Shown here in pieces: positions 49,178 through 58,425 of a DNA stretch of 64,000 nucleotides. Both the position numbers and the translations under genes were made by a program. The stretch covers positions 12,964-76,963 of the forward strand of contig CAKQKE010000003.1 of the NCBI GenBank assembly GCA_934247935.1, in the 5' to 3' direction. The notes under the pieces are model-generated. The model did not search any database, was not told the DNA's origin, and saw only the letters and a list, made by a program, of their open reading frames with translations. This stretch comes from an uncultured Clostridia bacterium. Lineage in GTDB: Bacteria > Bacillota > Clostridia > Christensenellales > Borkfalkiaceae. Every line of letters begins with the position of its first letter. The first letter of the stretch is position 1.

Positions 49178-49963
49178 ATGGAAAAGTTAAGTTTTGAAAA
49201 AATGCCGCATTATATTTTTTCGGCAAACAGACAATTTGAGAAAAACGAATACCATATGAATAGAATATTCAACGAAAGCGTGCTTATTTTAATGAGAAAA
49301 GGAGTACTGCGGTTCAACGAAAACGGTGTTCCCGTACAATTAAACGCGGGCGAATATTATATTCAGAAGGCGGGACTCAATCAACAAGGTGTCACTCCGA
49401 GCGATTCTCCCAACTATTTTTTCATTCATTTCAGCGGTCACTTTGACGAAAGGGGCGTTTTACCCATAAAAGGCACTTTCGATATCGACGAGGCGCAAAA
49501 AATCATTTCCGAAATTGAAATGCTGGGTAATTTTTCTCAGCGGCTCGAATACGAAAGCCTTTTTTACAAACTGCTTTGCCTTTTAAAATCAGGCATGCAC
49601 AAACAATCAACCCCCGAAATCATAAGGGAATATTTACTTAAAAACTTTGAACGAAACGTCACTTTGGAAGAGATTGAAAAAATAACATTTATTTCCAAAA
49701 ACCAAATTATCAACGTATTTAAAGAGGCCTATGGCAACACCCCTCATCAATACCTTATCGATTTCCGACTTATTAAAGCAGGCGAACTTTTGCTTGCGAC
49801 CAATCTGTCTTTAACCGAAATTTGTTTCCGCGTGGGATTTGGGGAATATTCGGGTTTTTATAAAGCGTTTATCCAAAAGTACGGCGAATCTCCTCAGGAT
49901 TACAGAAAACGCCACTCCACCGATGCTTTTCCAAAGGGCATTTATTACGACCCGCTTATTTAA
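49178..49963 (+). CDS. AraC/XylS family transcriptional regulator
   Basis: C-terminal double HTH: LEEIEKITFISKNQIINVFKEAYGNTPHQYLIDFRL...LTEICFRVGFGEYSGFYKAF. Confidence 0.9.
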   Translation: MEKLSFEKMPHYIFSANRQFEKNEYHMNRIFNESVLILMRKGVLRFNENGVPVQLNAGEYYIQKAGLNQQGVTPSDSPNYFFIHFSGHFDERGVLPIKGTFDIDEAQKIISEIEMLGNFSQRLEYESLFYKLLCLLKSGMHKQSTPEIIREYLLKNFERNVTLEEIEKITFISKNQIINVFKEAYGNTPHQYLIDFRLIKAGELLLATNLSLTEICFRVGFGEYSGFYKAFIQKYGESPQDYRKRHSTDAFPKGIYYDPLI

Positions 49964-50112
49964 ACTTAATTTGTTTTGTGCAGAATTTAATCGTTTCCGT
50001 TCTAACCCTATTGCATTGATTATACTTCTTCCGTTATCGCGCTCACGTGAATTATAAGTTAATGCGTGCGTTTTAAATTTATAATTTATATAAAGTTTAT
50101 AATTTATATATA

Positions 50113-50148
50113 AAAGGTCTGCTTACCCGGTTTAGTAAACAGACCTTT
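50113..50148. terminator. Bidirectional terminator between araC and the MmeI-like gene
   Basis: AAAGGTCTG-N18-CAGACCTTT with T-runs on both strands. Confidence 0.7.
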
Positions 50149-50187
50149 AAATTTTGTATTTAATTTATTGTTTTTGCAGCATTGTTA

Positions 50188-50220
50188 CCGTTTTTGCATA
50201 ATACGTATTATGTAAAAACG
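50188..50220. repeat. Copy H of the palindrome family, 30 nt after the stop at 50251
   Basis: CCGTTTTTGCATAATACGTATTATGTAAAAACG. Confidence 0.75.
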
Positions 50221-50250
50221 ACAAAATCGCATTATTATACTCTTTTAAAA

Positions 50251-52926
50251 TCAATCTACGTCGTCTATACTCAACTGACCGCCGCCGCAAATTTCGGTAT
50301 ATTTTTCAAATAAATAAGCAACCCTTTCGCCGTCGTTTGAAAAATATTTCCCGTAAAGTTTATCGACCGCTTTATCGAGTTTTTCGTGCGCGGTTAAAAG
50401 GTCGTCAGGCATTTCCATCGGGTCGTACAGCGATGACAACGACCTATCCGGGTACTTCGCTCTTACGTTTAAAATTGCTTGAGCAAGGTCGGTTATTTCT
50501 TTTTTGCTTTCTTCATCGCAGTCCGGCCATACGAAATTGTTGTAAACTATTTTCGCCGAATATCTATAATCGCTTTTAAGCCTTCCGCAAACGTAAGACG
50601 TCCACGCCATGTGCATTTTAGAAGATAAAATTCCAAAATCATAAAGCGTTGCAAACGGTATAATCAGATTGGCGTTGGTGCAAATGGTGTCGCTGCCTGA
50701 AAATCCCAAAGGTATATATATTCTCCTTTCGGTCGACACGCTCGGCATCACCACGTAAGACGAATAATTGTAAGTTTCTCTGAATAATTTCGGTGTGTCG
50801 GCGAGTTTTACCGTGCCTTCAAAAGTCGAATTTGACCTGAATTTTCTCACAGCGTCGACCCTTTCGGCAACGAGCGGCATAGCGGCGATTTGTTCGTCGG
50901 TTGCATCGACAAGCCACAAACACCACCTTTCTTTATTGTTTAAAAATTCGTCCGCACCCAAAAGTTTTTTAATATATTTACTTGCGGCGGGTTCTTTTGA
51001 AATCAATTCGTCTTTTTCTTGCGTACTAAGTATAAGATTGCCGCCGTCGGTAGGTTGGCAGCCTTTAGTCATCGGCAGCACCTTGCAAACGGGTGTGTTT
51101 CGGCTTTCTATAAACACCGTGCGCGCGTCGACAAGGTAAGGATTTATCCTGAAAACTTTCTTTTCGATAGGCTCGCCGTTTACGTTTTCATAGTCAAAAA
51201 TAACTTTTTCACGCTTACCGTTTGCTCCGAAACCGACAATGACGCAAAAAACCGAAGCCGCGCTTCCCATGTCGGTATTCCATTTAAAGGTGCGGTGAGC
51301 GAAATTAATTCTCATTCCCAAAACGGCGATAAGATACCTCCAAAGTATCGTCACTTGTTCGCCCTGAGTGATGCTGTTTGTCGCGACAAGCGCACATTCT
51401 CCGCTTGTACCCTTTAAATATTCCGCGCTTTTTATAAACCAGCCGCACACGTAATCGAGCGTGCCTATACCCTTTAAAGTCGGGCACAAACTTTGCACGT
51501 CTTTTCTCTGCTCCGCGCTCATGAGTTTTGCACCCACAAACGGCGGATTTGAAAATACGTAATCGGCAACGCCGCCGCACACCTTTTTCCAGTCGCACGT
51601 AAGTGCATTGTCCACCTCGATATTCGCACCGCCCACCATCGGCAAACGAGTAAAATATGTGCCGTATATTTCGCTTGCGCGCATGTTTATCTGGTGGTCC
51701 ATAAGCCACATTGCGCACCTTGCTATCATTGCGGGAAATTCTTTAAGTTCTATCCCGTAAAAATTGTCCGTTTTTACCTTGAAAAGTTGAGAAATATCGA
51801 AAACTTGTTGACCGCTATATAGTTTTTCGACCAATTTAAGTTCTATTTCGCGCAATTCTCTATACGCCACAACGAGAAAATTTCCGCAACCGCACGCCGG
51901 GTCCAAAAATTTGAGATTGGCGATTTTTTCATGAAACGCCTTAAGTTCCGCAGTGGTGTTGCACTCGTCGAGTTGCTTTAAAAGTCCGTCGATAAACAAT
52001 GGTTTAAGAGTCTTTAAAATATTCGTCTCCGAAGTGTAATACGCGCCGAGACTTCTTCTCTCCTTCTTGTCCATTACGCACTGTATCATCGCGCCGAAAA
52101 TTTCGGGGGAAATGTTTGCCCAATCGAGTTTTGCAAGTTGCAAAAGCGCAAGTCTGTCATCCTGAGTGAAATCGGGAAGGGGTATTTCTTCGTCGAAAAT
52201 TCCACCGAGTACGCACGGGAAATTTTCGGGTTTGTCCGATTTGCCCGCAAGCCTTTTAAACAACAGTGAAAGTCTGTCGCTTAAATCGGTTGCATTTTCG
52301 TCGCCCTCGAGCAGATATTCGTAAAAACTGTTTTTATCGAATATCGAACTGTCATCCGAAAACATACAAAAAATCAAGCGGACAATCAAAATTTCGAGAT
52401 ATCTGCCGGAATACCCTTTCGCAATCAGACCATCGCAAAACTCGCTCGTTTTTTCGGCACAGATAATGCTTGACGGGTTTTTCTCCACAGTCTCGGTAGT
52501 TATATAACCGATTAAAAAAGCAAACTCTCTGACTTGTTTGTAAAAGTCGCTCAAACTTATAATTTTGACGTCTTTATCCAAACCGTATATCGCAAAACTG
52601 TCAAAATTGCAGATTATTACGCGCGTGGGTCTTTCCTGCGGCGGCAACGACTTCACGTATTCGTCAATCTTGTTTTTCTCTTCGGCAATGTCGGAAGCAG
52701 ACAACAGCGCGCTCATTGCGACGACGCCCTTCCAGCACAAAAGCGAATAGTTTTTGCCTTTGTTTTTAAGTTCTACCTTGTAAAACGTATCGACTTTCCA
52801 CGGGCTTATACCGAAAACACCGAAAAAGTCGTCGGTTATTTGCGCACAGTGTTTTACTTTTGCGTTCGTCCATTTTTTTGTAAACAACAAGGCACGTTGT
52901 TTTATTTCGTCCCAACCGAGGCGCAT
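50251..52926 (-). CDS. MmeI-family (type IIL/IIG-like) N6-adenine DNA methyltransferase fusion protein; the N-terminal nuclease motif appears degenerate
   Basis: Collinear with the MmeI sequence as I remember it: LEILIVRLIFCMFSDD, ISPEIFGAMIQCVMDKKERRSLGAYYTSE, FLDPACGCGNFLVVAYRELR, NPPFVGAK, NSITQGEQV and LYDPMEMPDDLLTAHEKLDKAVD. Confidence 0.85.
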   Translation of the reverse strand: MRLGWDEIKQRALLFTKKWTNAKVKHCAQITDDFFGVFGISPWKVDTFYKVELKNKGKNYSLLCWKGVVAMSALLSASDIAEEKNKIDEYVKSLPPQERPTRVIICNFDSFAIYGLDKDVKIISLSDFYKQVREFAFLIGYITTETVEKNPSSIICAEKTSEFCDGLIAKGYSGRYLEILIVRLIFCMFSDDSSIFDKNSFYEYLLEGDENATDLSDRLSLLFKRLAGKSDKPENFPCVLGGIFDEEIPLPDFTQDDRLALLQLAKLDWANISPEIFGAMIQCVMDKKERRSLGAYYTSETNILKTLKPLFIDGLLKQLDECNTTAELKAFHEKIANLKFLDPACGCGNFLVVAYRELREIELKLVEKLYSGQQVFDISQLFKVKTDNFYGIELKEFPAMIARCAMWLMDHQINMRASEIYGTYFTRLPMVGGANIEVDNALTCDWKKVCGGVADYVFSNPPFVGAKLMSAEQRKDVQSLCPTLKGIGTLDYVCGWFIKSAEYLKGTSGECALVATNSITQGEQVTILWRYLIAVLGMRINFAHRTFKWNTDMGSAASVFCVIVGFGANGKREKVIFDYENVNGEPIEKKVFRINPYLVDARTVFIESRNTPVCKVLPMTKGCQPTDGGNLILSTQEKDELISKEPAASKYIKKLLGADEFLNNKERWCLWLVDATDEQIAAMPLVAERVDAVRKFRSNSTFEGTVKLADTPKLFRETYNYSSYVVMPSVSTERRIYIPLGFSGSDTICTNANLIIPFATLYDFGILSSKMHMAWTSYVCGRLKSDYRYSAKIVYNNFVWPDCDEESKKEITDLAQAILNVRAKYPDRSLSSLYDPMEMPDDLLTAHEKLDKAVDKLYGKYFSNDGERVAYLFEKYTEICGGGQLSIDDVD

Positions 52927-53164
52927 ATGCGTTTTCTCCCTATCGTGATTTTAAAATTTTATCGGCAATTCCGGCGTTTGTATTAAACAACTTATATATT
53001 AATTACCGCTTGCATCAAACAAAATGTATTAATAAATATCTTTAATTAATTACCGTTTATACTTTGCAACAGTCGTTTTACCAAACTTATCTGAAATAAC
53101 AATATAAACCGCCGTTTTTTATTATACACCCAAAAGAAAATAAAATCAAATTTTTTATTAACGA

Positions 53165-53195
53165 TTAAAAGGCGAACTACAGTACGTAGTCCGCC
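53165..53195 (-). terminator. Terminator after rpmF
   Basis: GGCGGACTAC-N5-GTAGTTCGCC on the minus strand, followed by TTTTAA. Confidence 0.6.
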
Positions 53196-53222
53196 TATCC
53201 GATATCATAACTTATTTTTCAA

Positions 53223-53420
53223 TCAGTCAGCATCTTTCTCTTCTTTCTTTGCAACAACCTCAACGTCGTCGTAGTAGCCGCAATTTTTGCATACTCTGTG
53301 AGCTTGTTTCAATTCATGGCACTGTTTGCACTCAACGAGCGTAGGAACAGTAGCCTTATAGTTGCTTGCAAATCTCTTTGCTCCTCTTTGCTTGGAAACT
53401 TTACCCTTTGGAACTGCCAT
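53223..53420 (-). CDS. rpmF: 50S ribosomal protein L32 (zinc form)
   Basis: MAVPKGKVSKQRG...CKQCHELKQAHRVCKNCGYY. Confidence 0.95.
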   Translation of the reverse strand: MAVPKGKVSKQRGAKRFASNYKATVPTLVECKQCHELKQAHRVCKNCGYYDDVEVVAKKEEKDAD

Positions 53421-53444
53421 CTTCGCACACCTCTCTTTTATAAA

Positions 53445-53888
53445 TTACTTTTCACAATTACAACTTTTTACATTTAAGTTACAGCCGCAAATCGGGCACA
53501 GTCCTTTGCAGTCCTCTTTGCAATGAATTGCAAAAGGCATACTTTCCAAAACCGCATCCCTGACCGCTTGCGTCAAATCTACCAAACCGCTTTTATACAA
53601 ATAATCGTCTTCCTCGGGACTACTTTGCACAAAACGAATATTTAAAGGTTGAACCGTTTTGTGTTCTGCCGGCTCGAGACATCTCGAACACTCCCCCGCG
53701 ACGGTATATTCGACGTAACCGTCAATATAGATTTTTTTTGATTCTATAGTAACGGTGCCGCAAACTTTTACTCCGCCTTTAATGGACGCATTGGGTAAAT
53801 CGACCAGATTTTCGTCAAAAACTTTTTCGCACGAAAATTCGGAAACGAATTTGCCCGCTTTTGTCAGTTTGTTTATATCTATAACCAT
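53445..53888 (-). CDS. yceD: YceD/DUF177 family protein (23S rRNA accumulation protein)
   Basis: Cys-rich C-terminus CKEDCKGLCPICGCNLN. Located upstream of rpmF, as is usual for this family. Confidence 0.85.
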   Translation of the reverse strand: MVIDINKLTKAGKFVSEFSCEKVFDENLVDLPNASIKGGVKVCGTVTIESKKIYIDGYVEYTVAGECSRCLEPAEHKTVQPLNIRFVQSSPEEDDYLYKSGLVDLTQAVRDAVLESMPFAIHCKEDCKGLCPICGCNLNVKSCNCEK

Positions 53889-53942
53889 ATGTAGCCTACA
53901 AATTATATCTTATTTTAAATATATTGTCAACTTTTTAAGGGA

Positions 53943-55289
53943 CTAAAAGCCTATTTTTTCTTTGATTTTGTCTCTTAATTCGTTATCGTACACGCCTACG
54001 GGCAGTTGAGCGCGATATCCTCCCAAATCAAACTCGTATGCGCTTACGTTCAACGCTTCGCGCAATTTATCTTTAAAAGTTGTGACCGAGCACACCTTAT
54101 CGCAAATCACGTAATAATCTTTCTTCCAGACGCTGCCTGTACGAAACATCATAAATTCGTCGCCCAGGGCATAACCTCTGCCTTTTCTGTATAATGCGTA
54201 CACAACGCCTTCAAACAGCAGTACGATTAAAAATATCGGGTGGTATAAAATCGCAAAACAAATGCTTACTATGCTTGCGACAAACATCAACTCGAAACAA
54301 ACGGCATCGCACTTTACTCCCGAGGAAACAAATTTCGCGCTTCCGTCGTCGCCGATAAGCAGCGAACGAATTTCTTTGGCTGTCTCTTTTTTTATCATGA
54401 ACGGCAAATAATTTACTTCGTTTAATCCTTTAGATTCGCTTTTTGTAATTATTTTTGCGGTAACGTAACCCATAATCCTTGCAAATATACCGGCTCTTTC
54501 GGTGATACCTACAATTTGCGAAACGTCCGTGCGGAATACCCTTGCCTCGGGGTTTTTACATTTCATCACGACTTCTCCGCCACCCACTTCGAGTTCGTAA
54601 GCGGCGTAGTGGTTAAATTTATACACGTATACCAAAAAAATGAGAATTAAGGTCAATACGTATATAACCGCAACCGAAATAAACAAAAATGCGACGGCTT
54701 GTTTGTAAAACGCCGAATATTTTTTAAGTATACACAACATCAACGGGACAGCCACGCAACAAATGCCGAACATATAAATCGTTGCGTCAGCAATCCAGAT
54801 AAACAAAGTTTTAACTTTGTCTTTTATAGTCAAGCGCAACGTTTTTTCTACTTTTTCAAGGTTGTCTTTTACTTTCGGAAGTAAACCTTTTACCTTTTCA
54901 AGGTCTTTTTTGTCAAGTTCAAAGTTAAACGACTCGTCAGCCGTCTCGATAATCACTCTCGAACCGCCGAAAAACAACACGTTGTTTACGACGTTTACGC
55001 ACACAATGTCTTTAAACTCTACTCTTTTTACTTTATTGCCGAAAATTATCGCAAGACTTTCTTCGTCGATTTGTACGCAATATTTTTTCGCTCCGGAAAC
55101 GGTTATCGTCCCGAACAAAAGCGTCAACCCCAACGCCGCAAAGCAACCGAACAACCATTCGACGCCCACGACTTCGGTAAGCGAACCGTCCATAAGCATA
55201 AGCACAAACAGTACCGAAACGACGCTTACACATAAAATACCCGCAATTTTTCTGATTATACTTGTGATGCCGAGCGAAAATTTATTCAT
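53943..55289 (-). CDS. YdbT-like membrane protein with bacterial PH (bPH_2) domains
   Basis: 448 aa with alternating TM pairs and soluble modules. Overlaps the upstream YdbS-like gene, like the B. subtilis ydbS-ydbT pair. Confidence 0.65.
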   Translation of the reverse strand: MNKFSLGITSIIRKIAGILCVSVVSVLFVLMLMDGSLTEVVGVEWLFGCFAALGLTLLFGTITVSGAKKYCVQIDEESLAIIFGNKVKRVEFKDIVCVNVVNNVLFFGGSRVIIETADESFNFELDKKDLEKVKGLLPKVKDNLEKVEKTLRLTIKDKVKTLFIWIADATIYMFGICCVAVPLMLCILKKYSAFYKQAVAFLFISVAVIYVLTLILIFLVYVYKFNHYAAYELEVGGGEVVMKCKNPEARVFRTDVSQIVGITERAGIFARIMGYVTAKIITKSESKGLNEVNYLPFMIKKETAKEIRSLLIGDDGSAKFVSSGVKCDAVCFELMFVASIVSICFAILYHPIFLIVLLFEGVVYALYRKGRGYALGDEFMMFRTGSVWKKDYYVICDKVCSVTTFKDKLREALNVSAYEFDLGGYRAQLPVGVYDNELRDKIKEKIGF

Positions 55290-55743
55290 GATCGACTCCT
55301 TTCAAGTGTTCGTTTACAAACCCGAGCAATTTGTCGTTTTCAAAAAGTTTAAAAACGTATTTTTGCGACGAAGTGGTAAGTTCGAGATTTGAAAATCTTT
55401 TTTTGTATACTCCACCCGATTTGGTTATTTTATAAGACAAAACGTTTTTCTTTGGTATAGTAAACGTTTTTATCACGGGATAACCGTAAACGAAACAAAC
55501 GTTGTCTTCGTCGCCGCCATAAGCGTGTTCGTTTTTTACCGTAATCGCTTTTAATATAGTAAGATATGCGATTAACACAACAAGAACCACTGCAAGCCAC
55601 GTAATTATGCTTTTAAATCCTTGATATTTCATCACAATCAGAACGGCACCCGTTATGACTATTGCGGAATACACCAAAAACATAACGATATTCGTGACGA
55701 GTTGAGCCTTAAATGCGGCTTTCCCTCTGTTTTCCAACTTCAT
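55282..55743 (-). CDS. YdbS-like PH-domain membrane protein
   Basis: 153 aa with two N-terminal TMs followed by a soluble domain. Gene pair context. Confidence 0.6.
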   Translation of the reverse strand: MKLENRGKAAFKAQLVTNIVMFLVYSAIVITGAVLIVMKYQGFKSIITWLAVVLVVLIAYLTILKAITVKNEHAYGGDEDNVCFVYGYPVIKTFTIPKKNVLSYKITKSGGVYKKRFSNLELTTSSQKYVFKLFENDKLLGFVNEHLKGVDHE

Positions 55744-55840
55744 ATTACCTCCCTTTCAAGAGATGAATTATTTCTTCTGTTCGAGCAAGATTAACCATTG
55801 TCAAGTATTAAAGATATATCTTTTACTTTGCTCCGCCCGA

Positions 55841-57043
55841 TTATTTTTTCTTGCTGAGAGCCATTGTGTCTCTTGCAATCACAAGTTCTTCGTTGGTGGG
55901 AATAACAAGAACTTTTACCTTGCCGTCTTTACCAGTAATATCCCTTATACTGCCGTTGTTCTTTTCATTGTTTTTATCTTTGTCAATAGTAATACCCATA
56001 AATTCGAGTCCTTCGACAACGCCCGCTCTGATTTCCGGAGTGTTTTCACCGATACCTGCGGTAAATACCACGCAGTCGACTCCGCCCATTGCGGCAGCGT
56101 ATGCGCCGACGTATTTTTTGCACGAATAAGCGAATATATCGAGCGCAAGTTGAGCGCGATGATTGCCCTCTGCAGCGGCTTTTTCCAAATCTCTGAAGTC
56201 GCTCGAAACACCGCTTACGCCCAAAACACCGGACTTTTTGTTGCAGATTTTAAGGAGATCTTCAAGACCGAGGTTGAGTTTTTTGCCGAGATATTCTAAA
56301 ATAGCCGGGTCTAAATCGCCGGTCCTCGTACCCATAGGCACGCCGCCCAAAGGAGTGAAACTCATAGAAGTGTCGAAACATTTTCCGTTTTTAACAGCGG
56401 AAATAGACGAACCGTTGCCGAGATGGCACGTTACCACCTTAAAATTATTTACGTCTGCGCCGAGATATTTAGCCGCTTCTTCGGAAACAAAACGGTGGCT
56501 TGTGCCGTGCGCGCCGTAACGACGTACTTTGTATTGAGTGTAATATTCATACGGCAAACCGTAAATATAAGCCTTTTCGGGCATCATAGCGTGGAACGCC
56601 GTATCAAACGTAGCGACCATAGGAACGTCGGGCATAATTTCTCTGCAAGCAAGCACGCCCGTGATATTTGCGGGCTGATGCAAAGGAGCAAGATCAATAT
56701 TGCTTTCGCACACCTTAAGGACTTCGTCATCGATAAGTACCGAGCAATCGTAGTCACCGCCGCTGTGAAGTATACGGTGACCTACAGCGTCGATTTCTTT
56801 CATGCTTTTGATTGCGCCGTACTTTTCGTCTACAAGCATTTTAAGCACCAACTCGAGCGCGCATTTGTGGTCGGGCATAGGTTGCTTTACCACAACCTCT
56901 TCGCCGTTGACTTTTTGTTTTAAAAGCGAACCTTCTATGCCTATTCTTTCGCAAATCCCTTTCGCGATTGCCTTTTCGGTCTGCATGTCGATAAGTTGAT
57001 ATTTAAGAGACGAACTTCCTGCATTGATTACTAAAACTTTCAT
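55841..57043 (-). CDS. ackA: Acetate kinase
   Basis: MKVLVINAGSSSLKYQL with an AGGAG RBS. The track ORF start at 57196 is an upstream read-through extension. Confidence 0.95.
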   Translation of the reverse strand: MKVLVINAGSSSLKYQLIDMQTEKAIAKGICERIGIEGSLLKQKVNGEEVVVKQPMPDHKCALELVLKMLVDEKYGAIKSMKEIDAVGHRILHSGGDYDCSVLIDDEVLKVCESNIDLAPLHQPANITGVLACREIMPDVPMVATFDTAFHAMMPEKAYIYGLPYEYYTQYKVRRYGAHGTSHRFVSEEAAKYLGADVNNFKVVTCHLGNGSSISAVKNGKCFDTSMSFTPLGGVPMGTRTGDLDPAILEYLGKKLNLGLEDLLKICNKKSGVLGVSGVSSDFRDLEKAAAEGNHRAQLALDIFAYSCKKYVGAYAAAMGGVDCVVFTAGIGENTPEIRAGVVEGLEFMGITIDKDKNNEKNNGSIRDITGKDGKVKVLVIPTNEELVIARDTMALSKKK

Positions 57044-57075
57044 TAATTTTCTCCTTGTAATTTTATTGATGTGCG

Positions 57076-57104
57076 AATTTACACGATACGTATTGAGTAA
57101 AAGC
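57076..57104. repeat. Copy I of the palindrome family, between pta and ackA
   Basis: AATTTACACGATACGTATTGAGTAAAAGC. Confidence 0.65.
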
Positions 57105-57214
57105 GGCAAAACGGCAATATTTTTATATCGACGCCGCTTTGCCGCAAACGCGATTTTATCGACGTTTTTATGCGTTCTGTCGCATATGATTTTCAATCGG
57201 ATTTTTCAGTATGA

Positions 57215-58243
57215 TTATTCAGCCGCTTGCAATGCGGTGATTGCAACCGCGGCAACTATATCTCGGGTATGGCAACCTCTCGACAAGTCGTTGATGGGTT
57301 TTGCAAGACCTTGACAAAGAGGTCCTATCGCCTGGAATCCGCCCAATCTTTCAACGAGTTTATATCCGATATTTCCCGCATCGAGGTCGGGGAAAATAAG
57401 TACGTTTGCGTGTCCCGCAACTTCGGAACCGGGTGCTTTTGATTCAGCGACCGAAGGAACGATGGATGCGTCCAGCTGAAGTTCGCCGTCGGCTTTTACG
57501 TCGGGGCAAATTTCGTGGAATTTAGCGACAGCCGCAACAACTTTGTCTACGTCGGCATGCCTTGCGCTGCCCTTGCTGGAGTGCGACAGGAAAGAAACTC
57601 TCGGCTCCAAACCCGCAATCGACTTCGCGCTTTGAGCGGAAGATGCGGCGATATAAGCAAGTTCTTCCGAAGTCGGGTTTTGGTTAAGTCCGCAATCCGC
57701 GAAAATAAAGCATCCGTCTTCACAATATTGATTACCGCCCTCGGGTGCAACCATAAGAAAATACGCCGAAACAATCGGAGTGTTTTTATCCGTCTTTATT
57801 ACCTGAAGTCCGGGTCTTAAAGTGTTTGCCGTCGAGTGGCAAGCACCCGAAACCATACCGTCAACATCATCGCTTTTAAGCATAAGCGCACCATACATTG
57901 TGTAGTCCTTTTTAATCGCTTTTTCGGCGTCTTCAACCGTAGCGTATTCGGGAAGACCCGTCTTTTTATTTATTTTACCTTGTCTCAAATTGAACAAAAG
58001 TTGAGCGTATTCGTTTGTCTTTGTATTCGTTTCGGGATTAACCACCGTTACGCCCGTAAGGTCGATTCCGGGATTTTCCGCTTTAATTTTGTTTTCGTCG
58101 CCCAAAAGGGTGATTTTCGCAATGTTTTGTTGAGCGCACAAAGCAGCCGCTTCGACCACTCTTTTATCCTCGCTTTCGGGTAAAACTATGTTTTTACCGA
58201 GTGATTTTGCCTTGTTGTAGATGGATTCCATTAAATTTGACAT
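57215..58243 (-). CDS. pta: Phosphate acetyltransferase
   Basis: IVLPESEDKRVVEAA and GLAKPINDLSRGC motifs. 342 aa. Confidence 0.93.
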   Translation of the reverse strand: MSNLMESIYNKAKSLGKNIVLPESEDKRVVEAAALCAQQNIAKITLLGDENKIKAENPGIDLTGVTVVNPETNTKTNEYAQLLFNLRQGKINKKTGLPEYATVEDAEKAIKKDYTMYGALMLKSDDVDGMVSGACHSTANTLRPGLQVIKTDKNTPIVSAYFLMVAPEGGNQYCEDGCFIFADCGLNQNPTSEELAYIAASSAQSAKSIAGLEPRVSFLSHSSKGSARHADVDKVVAAVAKFHEICPDVKADGELQLDASIVPSVAESKAPGSEVAGHANVLIFPDLDAGNIGYKLVERLGGFQAIGPLCQGLAKPINDLSRGCHTRDIVAAVAITALQAAE

Positions 58244-58425
58244 AATATATCTCCTTTTTTACCATAAAATCTTGTAAAAAAATTAAATTTGGGTTACACT
58301 ATAAGTGTAAACGACTTTACCGGCGGAAAATTCATACGGAAAACCGCTCATAAAGTCCATCGTTTAGTATTATATAATAATTTAAAAAATTTGTAAATAA
58401 TAAACAAGCAATTAAGGAGTAAATT

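Noticed and set aside
55841-57196. N-terminally extended ORF calls from the track (ackA to 57196, GH127-like to 49052, beta-propeller to 7411, esterase to 41264, rplX to 24462, tetR to 14442).
   Set aside because: Internal ATGs with proper RBS and family-typical N-termini (MKVLVINAGSSS, lipoprotein signal peptides, KOW start) fit better. Several track starts are GTG/TTG codons inside or touching the RBS.
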